Of a stretch of 64,000 bases of DNA, positions 1 to 14,800 are shown in pieces. A program made the position numbers and the translations under genes. Positions within the stretch are counted from its first letter, which is position 1; each line of letters opens with the position of its first letter. This stretch comes from Tubulanus polymorphus (Eukaryota; Animalia; Nemertea), in NCBI RefSeq assembly GCF_964204645.1, contig NC_134033.1:13214655-13278654 (forward strand), given 5' to 3'. The notes beneath the pieces are model-generated. The model saw only the letters and a program-made list of their open reading frames with translations, made no database searches and was not told the origin of the DNA.

Positions 1-3000
1 AAAATAAGTCACAACTGCGGGAAATATAATCTTAAAATGAATGAATTGGAAACGTCGACAGGATACAAATACACTATAAGCCGAATAAAGATTTGTCAAT
101 TGTTTATGGAATGGATCGGAATACCAGATGGTTTTGCTATGAACCTGACTTTATGCAAGTTAACTCTTATTCTACAACCAGCTGCTGATCCAGCGACGAC
201 TCTAAATATCTATGACGGATGGAAAACCAGTGAACCTATAGCTCTTGTGCGAGAACAAGCCGGACATCCACCTTCATCATTTTATACGAAAACAAATAAT
301 GTCATCATCTCTTTACTATATCATCGAGTGTGGAGATGTCAGTTACAGCTTTTAGTTCGGATGTACAAAATATCAGATTGGAACGTCTCTAATCCGTTGA
401 TTCAGATCTCTAATAACGAATCGGGAGTGCTCATTCCCGGTGACAAGAGTTTACACGTAATAACTCGATCAAAACACTTACACTGCTGGTCTATCTCAGT
501 GCAGGTGTTACAGTACGTCGTCTTCAACTGGACACGTGATCTCGTCACGTCCGGTGATGTCATTGGTGTCTATAAACTAGAAGGTTTACGCGTTGTAGGA
601 ACAGATATTCTACTTGGTTACAACTACCTGGAATCACTAGGCGTCAAATCTGACGGATTTCTCGTCATATTGTGCGTTTTAATGAGGGCTGATGTTATGA
701 TGTCGAAACCGGAAATATTCTACAAAATGAATTCGCTATCAATCGTTGATCTTCATGTTGGGACATTTGTGGTAAGTGCTGTGGTAAGAACTGTGCCGGT
801 TTTGGCGGAGTCTACTGTAGTTTGAAATGTTTGCATGTTTTACAATAATTGACGATATGGAACACATGACATTTTTTGCTGTTACAGGTAACGCAACCCA
901 TGGAATGTATGTATTCCTGGGGACTATTGCCGCTCGTAAAAAGAAAAACGTTTACGTATCGAGTGACTAATCTTAAGTTGAAATCGAGAATGGATATCAC
1001 CGAAAAACAATTCCAACTTACCGTGTTATCAGAGAACTGCGAGCGAGCTGGATTTTACATATATGACGGTGGAAGTTTCACAGCTCGACGCTACGGTCCG
1101 TATTGTCCAGGTTTAAAGTCATTTGCCCGTGATGTCGTCAGTCTGATTACATCAGATGGATCGGTAACTATAGTAGCGTACGCTTATAACTGGGATGGTC
1201 AGTTAGTAACCGAAAAGACATTTTCACGATGTATCATGTTTCGCGCTACTGACTGTGACGGGTATGTTTTAAAGGAGGGAGAACACCAGATCAATGTGAC
1301 GTCACACTGTGTCGTGATTACACCGGAAAACCGACGCCTTCCTTTGAGAAATATTTATGTATTATCAGAACACGAATATCAAATTGACCGATGCGTTCCA
1401 GAACATGTTCACGCAGTGTGCAGATCCTATATGGATATCGACAGTAGCCTTATTGAAGGTGGAAATCTAGTACTAAACAAAGTAAATCTGAAAATGCTTT
1501 ATCCATTTTTGACTTCTGCCCGAATAGTCAAACTGAGACGGAAGTGCTACGGATTAAGAAAGGCTGGATATGACTGGAACAATGAGGTGTGCGGGCTCGT
1601 ACAGTCACCGAACTACCCAGCACCTGCAGGAAACACTGCTCAGGCGATATTCTATGCAGTATATTATAGATATGATCAAAGTCGATTTCGTTATTACAAA
1701 TTCATAATTAAAAACATTGAAATGATTGAATGCGTTAAACGATCCCAATACGATAAAGATTCAGTATCGTTCATACAACAGATCCAGACAACTGAACTCA
1801 GACAAAAATTATGTGGACGTCACGCCGGGCATACACTTCACAGTTTGATCACTATCCAACATAAGTTTCAGGTGAAAGATAGAATTCCAACATTTCGAAT
1901 ACAATACATTCTAGAAGAAACGCTACCATTAACCGAATACGAGAAAGCATGCAAATCGGGATTTCTTGATTCGGGAATTTCCTGCATAAAATACATCAGA
2001 GATAAACGTCTGAATTGGGAGAACGCTGAATTGTACTGTAGACAGAAATACACGGGACATCTACTCAGTATCAACTCAGAACAGGAAATGATTTCTATCA
2101 AAACATTATTCGCTACGAAACTTCTTAAAAATGCATATTCACAGAAAGCGCTTATAATGATGATTGGATTAAAATATCAGGTACACGTATTTTCCAAAAT
2201 TTTATTGAATGAAATTTCATTTCCATAATTTTTTTATCGTTTATTTTCGAACTCATTTTCAGCAAAATACTGGTTATTATACGTGGACTGATGGGAAACC
2301 ATTGAGCTACACAGAGTGGTTCAAACCTGCAATTAACGAAACGATACCAGAAGTTATTCGAGGATTGATATCTCCAGACAGAAAACAACCGTTAAATGAC
2401 GTCAATATGCCGTGTACGGCGATGATTCTGAACAACCCACGTGGTTCTGCCAACTGGGTTCGATATCCATGCGTGATTGAAGAGGTTCACACAAGTTTCA
2501 TTTGTGAAACCGAAAGAATCAACTTAAATGAAAATATAACAGGAAAGAATTCCGTGAAAAGTGAATTTTCAAGTCCAGTAGTATCACCAACAGATATAAA
2601 CACGACTTGTAAAATCGGTTGGTTAGGCATAGCTGGACGATGTTATCAAATACTGACAAAATGGAACATGAACAAAATTTTAGATATCGTAAGTGCAAGG
2701 AGAATGTGCAACAGCATTAGTGGTGAAATAGGTATTATGCAGGATCTGATGCATGCCAAAACGTTGATTGGTAGATTTCGTTATCAGCACCAATATGGCG
2801 CTATTCTAACGAAGAATTTCAATAATCAGTTGAGGGCAATAAAACCAATAGTAACCAGAAATGAAACTACTTATGACCTATCGGTTAACTTCGCCTTGGT
2901 ATTGATACCCGGGGTAAATCTGAGAGATACAACGCATTCTGTTTTGTGTTCATATAATGTCACCGGTGAAGAGTTAGCTTCTATAAGCGGTTGTAAATCG

Positions 3001-5496
3001 TGGCAGTTTGAATGTAACGATCAAAGATGTATCAGCGACCATCGCGTATGTGATACCAGACACGACTGTCGACACGGTGAAGATGAACTGAATTGTACGG
3101 ATATGAATCTACACAGTCAGTTTCAGTGCTATGATAATAAGATTGTATCAATAAGTGGTTTTTGTGATTTCATACAGGATTGTGTGGATCGTTCTGATGA
3201 GAACTCGTGTTTTCATCCGTCGTGTTTGGCTGAACAATTTCGTTGTAGTAGTGGTCAATGTGTCAACAGGTCTAACAGGTGTGACGGAGTCACTAATTGT
3301 AAGGACGGCTCCGATGAAATGGAATGCACCGTTGAACTGTGTCAGGGGTTTCTGTGTAATAGTGAAGACTGTATCAGTACTCAGTTGTACCAGGATGGTG
3401 TCGTGGATTGTAGTGGAAGCCTTGAAGAAGATGAATTAGTAACAACTACTAATATTACAGTGAATCCTACGGTTCGTTGCAATGGTGAAAACCACTGTAC
3501 GACTAAATTCACAAATCTCTGCACAGAATCGGATGAACAAAGATGTTCCTTCGATTCCCCTCATTGTTATTCTAGACGTCACAGATGTATTTTAGAAAGA
3601 ATGGATAATATTTACCCAGTTTGTAGAAATCTTGAGCACGTATTGAAATGTGAAAAATTTGAATGTCCATCTAGTACTGTAAAATGTCCAACATCGTATT
3701 GTATACCGATCAGACAGGTGTGCGATGGTCGATCAGATTGTCCTAATTCAGAAGATGAACAAAACTGCGAGACATTTTCATGTCCAGGAATGTTTAAATG
3801 TGGTCTTGAAAATCGATGTATTCCACAATCTGAAGTTTGCGATGGTGTCATAAATTGTAAACGTACAACTGATGACGAGGCTTTCTGTAACGTCTCGTGT
3901 CTCAGAAGTTGCAAATGTCAAGGTTATTTGATAGATTGTGGAAATGCTGGTTTAACAGATATTACTCGTCTTTTCTCGGCATCAACTCGAGTTCTCAATC
4001 TGTCTTGTAACAAAATTATCTTGGACACGACGACATTTTTTTCATACGTCTATCTTCGTATGCTCAACATATCCTCCAATGAATTGTCTTATCTTTTGCC
4101 AAATACGTTTTCAAGCCTGCACAATCTATTTACACTAGACTTTACATATAATAATATAACAACATTATCAACAAATACATTCACTGGTTTGTATAGTTTG
4201 AAAGAATTATTCATATCTGGGAACCCTCTGCGTCTTTTAGAGGTAGATACCTTTCAAGATTTGAAATCGCTGAAAATTCTTGATCTTCAAGGACTTTCCT
4301 TGTCGGTGCTTGGTATGAATGTATTTCGAGGTTTATTAACATTACAGTCGTTGAATATCAGCCGTAACAGAATCCATTATATTTCGCTTTACGCATTTTC
4401 CGGGTTAGCTACACTTGAAACACTTGATATAACCAACAATTACGAAGTTATTTCTGTCAACCGAAAGGTTTTTCAAAATCTGACAGCATTAGTCTTTTTA
4501 ACGTCTGATGCTTACAAATTTTGCTGCATGGCACCGAATGTTGACCACTGCCTTCCTGAAGCTGATCAATTTTCCTCCTGTTCTGATCTGATGGGTAACA
4601 CAGTCCTAAGAGTTATCATTTGGGTTATCGCTACATTCAGTTTCTTTGCTAATGGAATTGTCATTTCTCTTCGTGTTCATGCAATTCGATTCTCTTCCTC
4701 AAATCCATCTTCAAACATCATTATCGTCAATGTTGCTCTGTGTGATTTCCTGATGTCTGTATATTTGTTCTTGATCGCTGGAGCTGATTACAATTATAAA
4801 GGTATCTACTTTCTCCACTCAGATTCATGGACGGACAGTTTGTTTTGTCGTCTTGCTGGGATCTTGGTGTCCATATCTTGCGAAGGTTCGTTGATATTTC
4901 TGCTCATCATGACGCGTTATAGATTTTCCAATATTGTGAATCCATTTTCTGGGAACCGCGTCGTATCACATGTGTCCATGATTTGCGGTCTATGTTGGCT
5001 TGTCTTTGGTGTTATTGCAGCACTACCACTTGTACCTTTCCCATACTTTGGAAACAATTTCTATGGTACTACTGGAGTTTGTTTACCAATGAATTTGATT
5101 TCAATTGATGTCAACGCCTGGCAATATTCGTTTGCTATTTTTTCTATTTCGAACTCTGTAATACTTGCTACAATAATGGCGACCTATGCACAAATGTACA
5201 GACTCGTATCTGGAAGCAGATCTGGTTCGGGTAGAGCTGATCCTACCGAGCTGATTTTGGCACGCAGGAGTTTGGTGATAAATCTCTGTAATCTATTTTG
5301 CTGGCTGCCGATAATTACCGTTCAGTTTTGCGCGGTATTTCGTGTAGAAATACCGAATCAGGTGGCGGCTTGGTTGGCGATTCTTTTCTTACCGATCAAT
5401 TCGTCCCTGAATCCACTTCTTTACACCATACTGACTATTGATTTGAAATCCATTCTGGCGAAGACTAAACGCCGCCCAAATCAACTGGACACATAA
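1..5496 (+). CDS. GRL101-like leucine-rich-repeat GPCR (CUB-like + C-type lectin + LDLa + LRR + rhodopsin-type 7TM), 5'-incomplete; exons <1..771, 888..2180, 2263..5496
   Basis: Three ORFs join in phase 0 through GT-AG introns 772..887 (an alternative donor at 784 is also in phase) and 2181..2262. The frame is open to base 1. CTL motifs (LNWENAELYC...WTDG...FICE), about 6-7 LDLa repeats (e.g. CDGRSDCPNSEDEQNC), LRRs, hinge FCCMAP...FSSCSDLM, seven hydrophobic helices, INSSLNPLLY. Confidence 0.9.
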
Positions 5497-5703
5497 AGAA
5501 AAAATCACTTACGGCCGGGGTAGCATGTATTGCCCAAACGCACCCACTTCACTAATATTCTATCCTAGTTCTTTGGTACTGGTGCTATTCGTTATGATGA
5601 TGTATGTTTACGTCTCCTAGTATATATATATATTAGTTAGTTTGATAAGTCGTATAATCTGCTATACTCTGATATCAGTCTCTCGATCAGTATATAAGTT
5701 ATG

Positions 5704-5763
5704 GGACCTCCTCCCTCGGCAGGGATTCGAACCTTATGGAATCGCTACACTAATCGCCACGGT
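5704..5763 (-). repeat. tRNA-derived (SINE head-like) fragment
   Basis: Minus strand reads TGGCGATTAGTG...GGTTCGAATCCCTGCCGAGGG (A-box-like plus B box). No complete cloverleaf. Confidence 0.35.
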
Positions 5764-8700
5764 ATCGAAACCTGGCAAATTTCTCGGAAGAACAATAAAT
5801 GGAAAAGCCCGGGCTAAAATAAAACGGGATTTCCGATTGGCTAATACTGACATCATTGGCTAGCTTAATGAATGGACTGGTGGGCGCTGAGCGGGAACCT
5901 GTCCGCCCAAGAAATCGTAGGCGATGTAATAGACCAACGAAGGGTTTGCGGCCAGGGTTTGTATTGGCGTGAGCTCGAGCGGGCTGCAATCAAAACCTGT
6001 CAAGCGACTGACAAGCGAGGATGATGGGCAGAACGAACACCATTCGTGTTATTCATAAAATTATCGTTATATATATATTCACAATTTAAGTAGGCAAATT
6101 ATAGCAAATCACATGTTGCTGAAATATCCTCTTAATCTTTGATTCAGTCCTCACAGTTGTGCTGCCCCAATCTAGGAAAACATTTTCGGGTAAACTCATG
6201 AATTCTTTATTTTAGACATTAAACCAGATAATCACGAATCCAGGCTACGGACAAATCTTATGTACTTCGATTTAAACAAAGATTTCTGTAAATTCGACTG
6301 CCTATCACACATCTTCACATATTCGAATTCAATATCAAACAACCTTTATGGTTTCCGGCAGGTCTGGAGGGTTTGTAATGGACACCAAATGAAAACAATA
6401 CAAACGAAAAAGCAAATCAAATAGATAACAAAGTGGATCAAATTCCTCGTTTTGGCGTAGGCGCCTGAATGGAACCTTGTTTTGGGTGGGGGGTGCCCAA
6501 ACGAAGTTCCATACTTGTCTAATGCGCTCTAGCGTTAATTAATTTGCTTATTAGGAATTTTGCGTGTATGGCTATAATCATGGCGAACTTTTCTGCGCCT
6601 TTACAAATATATATTTTATTTTTGCTTCTGATTGTGGTATCAAAATTCGTACGTTTGCTTGCATTAGACATATCAAAACTGTATTTCATCCAAGGCCGTA
6701 TGTTAGACGTAAATTCTGATAGTTGATTGCCATTAAAGTTAATTCTAAAGCAACACTCGTTTCAAAGACATAGAATCATAACCAGGATAGCATATTTTCG
6801 ACATCATAATTAATTAGCTTTATTTCATAGAATACATTCGTCCCTATTTGTGGCAGTCATCGCGTTCCTCGAAGATTTCAATTCTCCGACGAGTTGTTAA
6901 GGATGTTGAAATGCTAACTACTGTATCGTCATCCTTCTTTAATGAAATCTTTGAATATTTGCACGAGCTATACACCAATACAACGTCCAATACATTTCAC
7001 ATTCATGATCCTTTTTTATCACGCATATATGTAACAGCTTACCGTAGGGCCTACGACGCAGGGAAACACAGAAACACACGGAAGCAATGTTTCATCTCGG
7101 AAACGATGTTCACGAAACTATGTTTCTAGTTTCTCGTAAACGACACGAGAAAACGCTCGGAAACATATTTCTTCTGTTTTCGTGTTTCTCGGCTTCGTGT
7201 GCGTTGGGCTTAAAGCACGGGGCGAAATTGAAAATTCTTGGAAATGGATAAACTTCCCTTTGAATAGTACGCCATTACTGAAGTGCATTTTGCCTTATGA
7301 TCCGAACAGAAAAGAGAAATGAAAGTAAGTTGATTATATGCCATCTACCAGTTGTAATACTTTTTATTCGATTATGATATTGAACATTTATTCGTTGTTA
7401 TTGCTCTAAGTACAACATCGTCCATCTATTTTTGGACAACATCGTGGGTTCGTTGACCACCACCAGTATGTACCGCAATTATTTCTGCGCCAACAAGGTG
7501 TTCCTCTTCTTTGCCTCATCCGAATTTCTGTTGATAGAAATGCTCGTAGAGCCGTGTTTGAAATTGTTTGAAAAATTCATCAGATATAACAGATATATAA
7601 TTTTGTACCAAGTAAAACGATTAGATTAATTTCATGCCGGATGTAACGAACTATCGGTTATAACGAACATACTTTCTGGTCCCGCGAAATTCGCCGTAAC
7701 GAGGTTTCACTCTGTAAAGAAGTAAGATAAGATAGATTATTTTATTACTCTCCAACCATTTTCATGGTACGTGGAGGAAAAAATGATTTTGTTTACAAAT
7801 ATTTACACATCAAGAAAAAATTTAAAGATTTTGAATAACATAACAAGGTTATTTACAATATATACAAATACAGTTTACTATTTACAATCGTCAGACTACA
7901 TGAGGGACCTATATACATCTAAACCATCTCTAATGAATTGTGCTAATTGAAAATTTGGAGTTTTTTATACCGTATATCAAAGTTTCTAAATGCGTCTAAA
8001 TTCGGAATGGTTTTGCGGGTACAGAAGGGTACAATCAAAGAGAAAATGGAATTCAATTTCCGTGTTTTTAACGCCCTCTAGTTGATTTTCAGTGAACTAA
8101 AGATACAAACGGTTCATTGCGTAGGATTGATGGAAGTTATCGAAGCCAATGAGTCAGCTGCAGTAGTTGAGGGTCCATGTCATTGTGATGTTGTGTTTGA
8201 CAATAATACTGATGAGAGAGTCCTCCACAATATAAACACAAAGCAAAAGAAAGCCAATACAACTTTACATCAACTTTACAATAACTTATTTTATTTTCTA
8301 TTCTTCATAGATTATAACATTTTCTATCCATGATTCATATGAGTGGAGTTTATTAGTTTTTTCTCTTGGTTTATGGACGGAATTTCTGAAGCACTTTTAC
8401 TAATTTAAACTATATATTAATTTTCCAATTCACTTACATTTATACCAAACAAAATATCAACTTAAAAAACCTTTGGAAGTTCATAAAAAAACATAACAAT
8501 CATCATTAAAAAATTTTCATTATAAGTGTTTTCCGTGGACACCATACCCACATGGCAAGTGGTTTGCTCAACAATTTGACAATTTAAATATTCGATGTCC
8601 CTGGTGAATATATACAGAAACCAACAACTTAATTGAACTCGCCACATAATAGAAAATATCATGAGCTACAATTTTGTAATCGTTTCTGGTAACAGAATAT

Positions 8701-8872
8701 GCCAACATATTAAGATAATATGGAACCACATGTTAATGTTAAATTAACCTTAATTAAATTAACCTTAATTTCTAAATTCTGAAAACTTCACTGAAGAACC
8801 GGGCTCCGAACCTAGTTGAGTAATGAGAGGTTGTCGGGTTACGGTACTCGACGTTTTTAAATGAAGAATAGT

Positions 8873-11800
8873 TTAATTCACTCGTACGACCGGTAACAAT
8901 CCTTGACCTTGGCCTTTTTTGTTATTTTTACGACTCGACGTTGATTGAGAAATTTCTAGTTTCATTTTTTCATTTTTCTCGACGAGACTCGTGACGTGGT
9001 GCGGCGGTTTCATCGCGTCCAGTTTCGGCGATTTCGGGAATTTCAGCAGATTCGACACTTTATTCAACAACGTTCTTGAAAATGAAATAAAACCATGGCA
9101 GATAATGTGTATTGGTAGATGATTTTCAAGTGAAATTCTGGTTAGTTATACCAACTGCATTCAATCTTATCCATACAGTTTGATTAGAAAAACTTACTCG
9201 ACTTGCGCTTTGACATCATTGATATATAACTGATCTTCATCAATCTCTCGCGGAGGTAACAACTCCGGATGCAACAACTGTAAAGTAAACATACAACTCA
9301 AAGAATTCATTTCTGCGAAAAAAGAAAATAAGGATTGGGCTAAACAAAAATGATACCTCGTTTCTCCGCAGCGGCCGGGTCATTTTTGTAAAATATGATA
9401 AAATTTATAAACAGTTCATTTCTATAGCGGCCGGGTCTGTTATGGTAAAATTGATCACGATTTAAAAAAAGAGTAATGTATAGGGTAGATAGGCGGCTGG
9501 CCGGGTCAACATTTAAGCTCAGCAGAGCGGGGAAACAAGGTATCAATTTTTTTTAGCCTTGCGCTCAGCCTTTATTTCATTCATTTCTTCTAACAACTCC
9601 TAGTGCTGATGAAACACCACAAACAGGAGCTAAAAATCTTATTATCTCTGCAGAATTTACAAATTGAAGATTGAGCTCAGCTATTCAGTTCATTTCTTTT
9701 TGTAAAATATTCCGAAAACTACTTTTTTTCTTCTCTATTTTCAAAATCATCTGCAATCATATACCTTCTCATTGATTCAAGGCATAATTGTAATATGAAG
9801 ATGTTCTAGAAGTAGTTTAGTTACCTTCAACCTTGTGCCGACGTTGAAACGACAGCTTTTATCCTTTGCGCGGAAAGTTAACGCTATTTTCTCTTGGCTG
9901 ATTACTCGTATGCTCAAGAAGCTGTTGACGGCGAAACAGATCGGTTGAAACGGCGGCGCGTGAACGTGTGTCAGGAAATCTTTCCACGTCCAACGTCGCT
10001 TACGAGCTCCCTGCATGTCGTGTTCGATTCCACCTAGTTGATCGAGATGCAACCTGAAATGAAAATAAATCGTTTAAAATATTTCTAAATTTCAAATGAA
10101 CTGCTCGAGCACAGCCCACGGGAGGACTGTGGATATGTGTTTAAGTTCTAAATCCCGGTAGTAGCAGAGTTTCCTCGGTCAATGGTTCTTCTCTGACCTC
10201 TTCCTACCAATTGAGAAAGATCTTTCTTCAGAAGAACTCGACATGAAGAACGTTTGTGCCCATCTTTCATATTGGAACTGGATTAAAGTCCACACGTATG
10301 TGAAATCTGAAAGGTTTATACTTGTCTATTCACCTGAGAGATCCATTTTGATAGTAACAGCAGCCATATCCCGACGGCTCAAACGAAGCTAACAGAGGAG
10401 GCAGTAATCCACAGTCATCGTGCACGACATACGACAACTGACCACGATTTATACGACATATAACAATAGCAATATTTCCTGATGGATAACTGAATAATGA
10501 ATGTCAAGGAAGATGCTACAAAGGGTCAGAGTTGAGTGGTAGGTGTTCCACTCCAAGAAGCCAAGTTTCACGCAGGAGTAAAATAAAACTAGTTTACACA
10601 AGACCCAACCCTGGTTTATTGAAAGGATACAAGACGTTTCCGGAACCGTCTGGGAATATTGTAAGAAATTTTTTGCCATTGCCATAAAATCGTTGAATAA
10701 GCATCCGTCTGCGCCCCTAAAACAGAAGTAAACTTTCAGCAAGTGCATCGTAAGCGAATCGAAATTCCACAATAATGGCAGTGTAACCGGGTCGTGTTAA
10801 GCAAATCAGGGAGCCTAATATCCGGTTGCTAATGTACATGTACCTTTATGGCGTGAGGACGCCAAGCTTTCGATTGACGCTCAGTGTCGAGACCCTCTCC
10901 GTCGGCAGCATCCAAACGATCCCCGAATTCCAAGTCGTCCTCATCACCGAACTCAGACGTAAGCGGCTCAGCTTCAAATACATCCGCTAATTTATCTTGA
11001 TCACCCAGCGGCGAGGGAGGCCGAACTGTCCAACCCTCTTCGAGACATTTCTGAGATGATAGTTGGTAGTTGATTGTCTTCATTTGTCTCGCAACTGAAA
11101 ACATTTCGTAATCTAATTAAACTCATTCATTAATAAGATCAGTTCATCTTCAATTTTCAAATTATTTCTGAGAATCAAATCTTAACCAACTTTTAAGAAA
11201 ATGGTAACTGGAACTGGATTTTGGTATTTTAGAACTACCACCAGCAAAATTTCATGCAGTAATGCCAAGCGATGTACATGTATGTTCGAAATTAAAAAGC
11301 AGAGAAAATTTCTTTAGATCATGCAATAAAGACCTTAATATCCTTAGTTCGTAAGACCCTTATCAAACTTCATTAAAAAATGCAATTTTTAGGCAGGGGG
11401 TTAACCTCATGAAAAGGTTCTAACTTCAAGAATAAAAGAGAAAAAATGAAAACTTTTTTTTAGAAGTCAGAACATAACCTTTCTCGAGTAATCATGCCTA
11501 TTATTTAACATATATACTGGTAAAACCAGCATCCGCAAGCAATCATGGTCTAGTTATTCATATTGTATTGGGGAAAGACAGTTGGGCTTAAAAGCTTAAT
11601 ATTTTGTAATACAAAGTACCAGAAGACCCAGCTTCACAAAAATGCTTTAAAACCCTTCATATGGACATGAAATTAATGAAACGACCATTGTGTGATAGAA
11701 TTACTGGTTTCTCAGGTAAACGGAGAACGGAACTCCTGAAAACACGCAAGTCTAGAAGGTCAAATAATTGAAGTCTGAGAGGCTGGTCTAGACCTACGAG

Positions 11801-14800
11801 CAATTATCTAACGAGATGATTGCTCATGGCCTAGACTGAAGATTGACAGCTGTAATAATCCAACTTTACTACAACTCGATTAATTAAACTAAACGAATTG
11901 CAGCCTAAAATCATATTTTGTGAAACTGAGTCCTGTAGCGAAAGTGGAAAACTTAAGCTACTTTGACTAGTAGCTTTCGCCCCTGAGAGAGTATTATAGC
12001 TACGAGACATTAAGCAATGAATTTTCAACGTTAATGTCGTTTTTCTTACTATTGATTACTGACTCGACACGTGAAGATGCTGAAAAATACATCTGAATCA
12101 TTTTAATATTACATCCTGTTATTCTGTTGCAAAGTTGTGGGGGTAAATTCAACATTGCCATATCTGGGTAAACGTACCTGATACCCTTACAACTAAATTT
12201 TCAAAAAATATAATCAACTTAAACTGACAAAATGCATACAACATTCCGAACTCATGAATGGGTATTAAGTAAAAAGGAAACTGAAGTAAAAGCAGTCGAA
12301 TCTTGATTTTTAGTTCAGTTATACATAAGTGGAAGATGGAAATTGGAAGGCAGTCCAGCATTGCTGAAAGGCAATGAATGCAGAATAGCATAATTGGAAG
12401 GCGGACCAACATGGTTGAAAGGCATTCCAACATGGTTGGAAGGCATTCAAACATGGTTGGAAAGCAGTCCAATATGACCGCAAGGCATTGCAGCATGATT
12501 GGAAGGCAGGCAATGAAGGTAACCCAGCACCACTGGTAGACAATCCAACATGAGTGGAAAGCATGAATTGATTATTTTCAGTAAATTTTCATGAAAAGCT
12601 GATGATGCACCACTGGCTGAAGATTCGACCGCTAAAATCTTGAACAATGGAATAAGTGTAAGAAGTGATAGTAGAAATTAAACCTTGCGAAGTATCAACT
12701 CGACTCGGGCCCATTCTAGTGACTGGGATAGCGATTGGAGATGGCGCCAAATTACTGGCAGGTAACACCGATGCAGGATTGGGTGAAGGTGATACAGCAG
12801 TATCTGGAAGCTGGTGTTCTAAAAGCAAAAATTTAATAACCAGATACTTTTTTGTTTGGCATGGACATACATGCACATGTACGCATAACTAACATGCACA
12901 TGTAATTGATTAGGATAATACACATACATGGATACATGCTAAATACATTGAAACCTTGTTATAACAAACTCGAATGAAACATTTTCAACCCAAATATGAA
13001 AATCTAATCAATTCGATATCGTACCTACGGATTACATCAAACAGATTTACTAAGTTAAGAAGTTTGTTGTAAAGAGGTTCCATTGTAAGATGAAAGAAGG
13101 TTTACCGGAATATTGAAAGTACATGTATACAGGGAGAATAAGCTCGGATTATTTCTGGAAGGATAAACAAATACAGAATAATTCTGCATCAGAGAGTATG
13201 ATAATATTAGGTGTAACAATCGACAGAATGGGTTCTTAATAGGTCTACAGTACAAATACGTATTACAGTTACAACCAGGCAAAATATCTAATGAGAAACT
13301 GGTCGACTATAGCACTTTACTAAATAGTTTTGAACCTTTAAAGCAACTACGGTAATTGGGATTATATGAACTAGTAGGTAGACATGTAGAACAAGGTTTT
13401 ATACTTACGATCAGTAAACCTGCTCGCTGAGTCTGTCATAGCAATAAATGAATCAATATATGAATACATTTTTACATTACCGTATATGAGATCAAAGGAC
13501 TATGAAATTTAACAAAGACCTCTTCAGTAGGCTCCACCATTAAAAGTTGCTAGACTTGAGCGATATCAATGACAGATGGTATAGTCTTGAAGTAATCATT
13601 CAATGATTACTCCAAGGTATAATTATGTAGCGTAAATGGGTCAGATAAATGTTTCAAACAAACATCCCAGTTGAGCAGTTCTCCAAGTCAGTTAGATCCA
13701 ACTTCAGCTGAATCTGCTGCACTAAGGTTCTAAGTTGAATTAGTAGACTGAGTCTGCTATTGTGATCAAAGGAGTATTTTTCTGAGGATTTATAGTATTT
13801 TCGGTACTTACTCGAGAAGAAGTTTGATTGTTGAGCACCGCTGGCAGATGCCTGAGCGACGGCCTGTTGTTTCTGAAGCTCTCGTTCTCTCATTCTGCAA
13901 AACATACAAAAAACACGTAACATAGTAGTAATAGAGTTCATTTTCAATCGTTAATCCCTTAGAATGAGAATTCTTAGGGGCTAGTTTTATAGAGCAATAG
14001 GTTGAAAATCTGATACTTTCTCTAGCAAGATATCGAATTTGATAAATGCCTTATATCCCCTGCACCCCTCTCAGGATTAGAGAATTGATTCGACCAGGAT
14101 AGATTCGCTGTTCATCTTAGAAACCGAAAATTACTAGTGTAATTACTACAGTTAGTGAATCTAACCCCTCTAGGTTAGAATGTTGCCTCAGACTGATATT
14201 CACCTGAGTTGAGCGCGTTCTCTCGCAGCTCGTCTGGCCTGTTTACTGCCGTACGGCGCGTGCGGTTTGATGCTGATTTTACGATCTCGTTCGTTCTCCT
14301 TCACGAGTGGATGCGTCAATGTGAACTGCACGAACTCACGATAACCATCGCAGCAGTAGAGTTCCTCCGGCGATTTCAGTTTTTGGTCCGACTGCGATGG
14401 GAATGGCTTCACCCCGTTGCTGCAAAAATGACATTTACCGCTAGCCATTTCATCCATGATCTCTCTAATGCCCTGTTGCTCCAACAGAACATCGGGATCT
14501 TCGAGTTCGACCATTTTTTCCTCTGATTCACGTTTGTACTGAAAGAGTGGAATATGTGAATGATATTTCAACCTCAGAGCCTCGATTCACAAGATTCAAG
14601 CTATATAGAAATCTAAAATTCTTGTCTCAATTTGCTATCAGGTTTGAATCCCAGGCAATTACTGTACACACAGTAGATCTAAACAGACACATGTATCATA
14701 GGCATTATGTAAGCTTTACACAAACAGATAGATAAATACATACCTGCAGTATTTGGGGTGGGCCAATACTGGGAAGCATATCTTTTTCATTTACATCGTC

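Noticed and set aside
3155-3914. Overlapping alternative-frame ORFs inside the GPCR
   Set aside because: Shadow ORFs of the Cys-rich LDLa coding sequence.
12149-12647. Cys-periodic small proteins
   Set aside because: Translations of the 21-bp intronic minisatellite.
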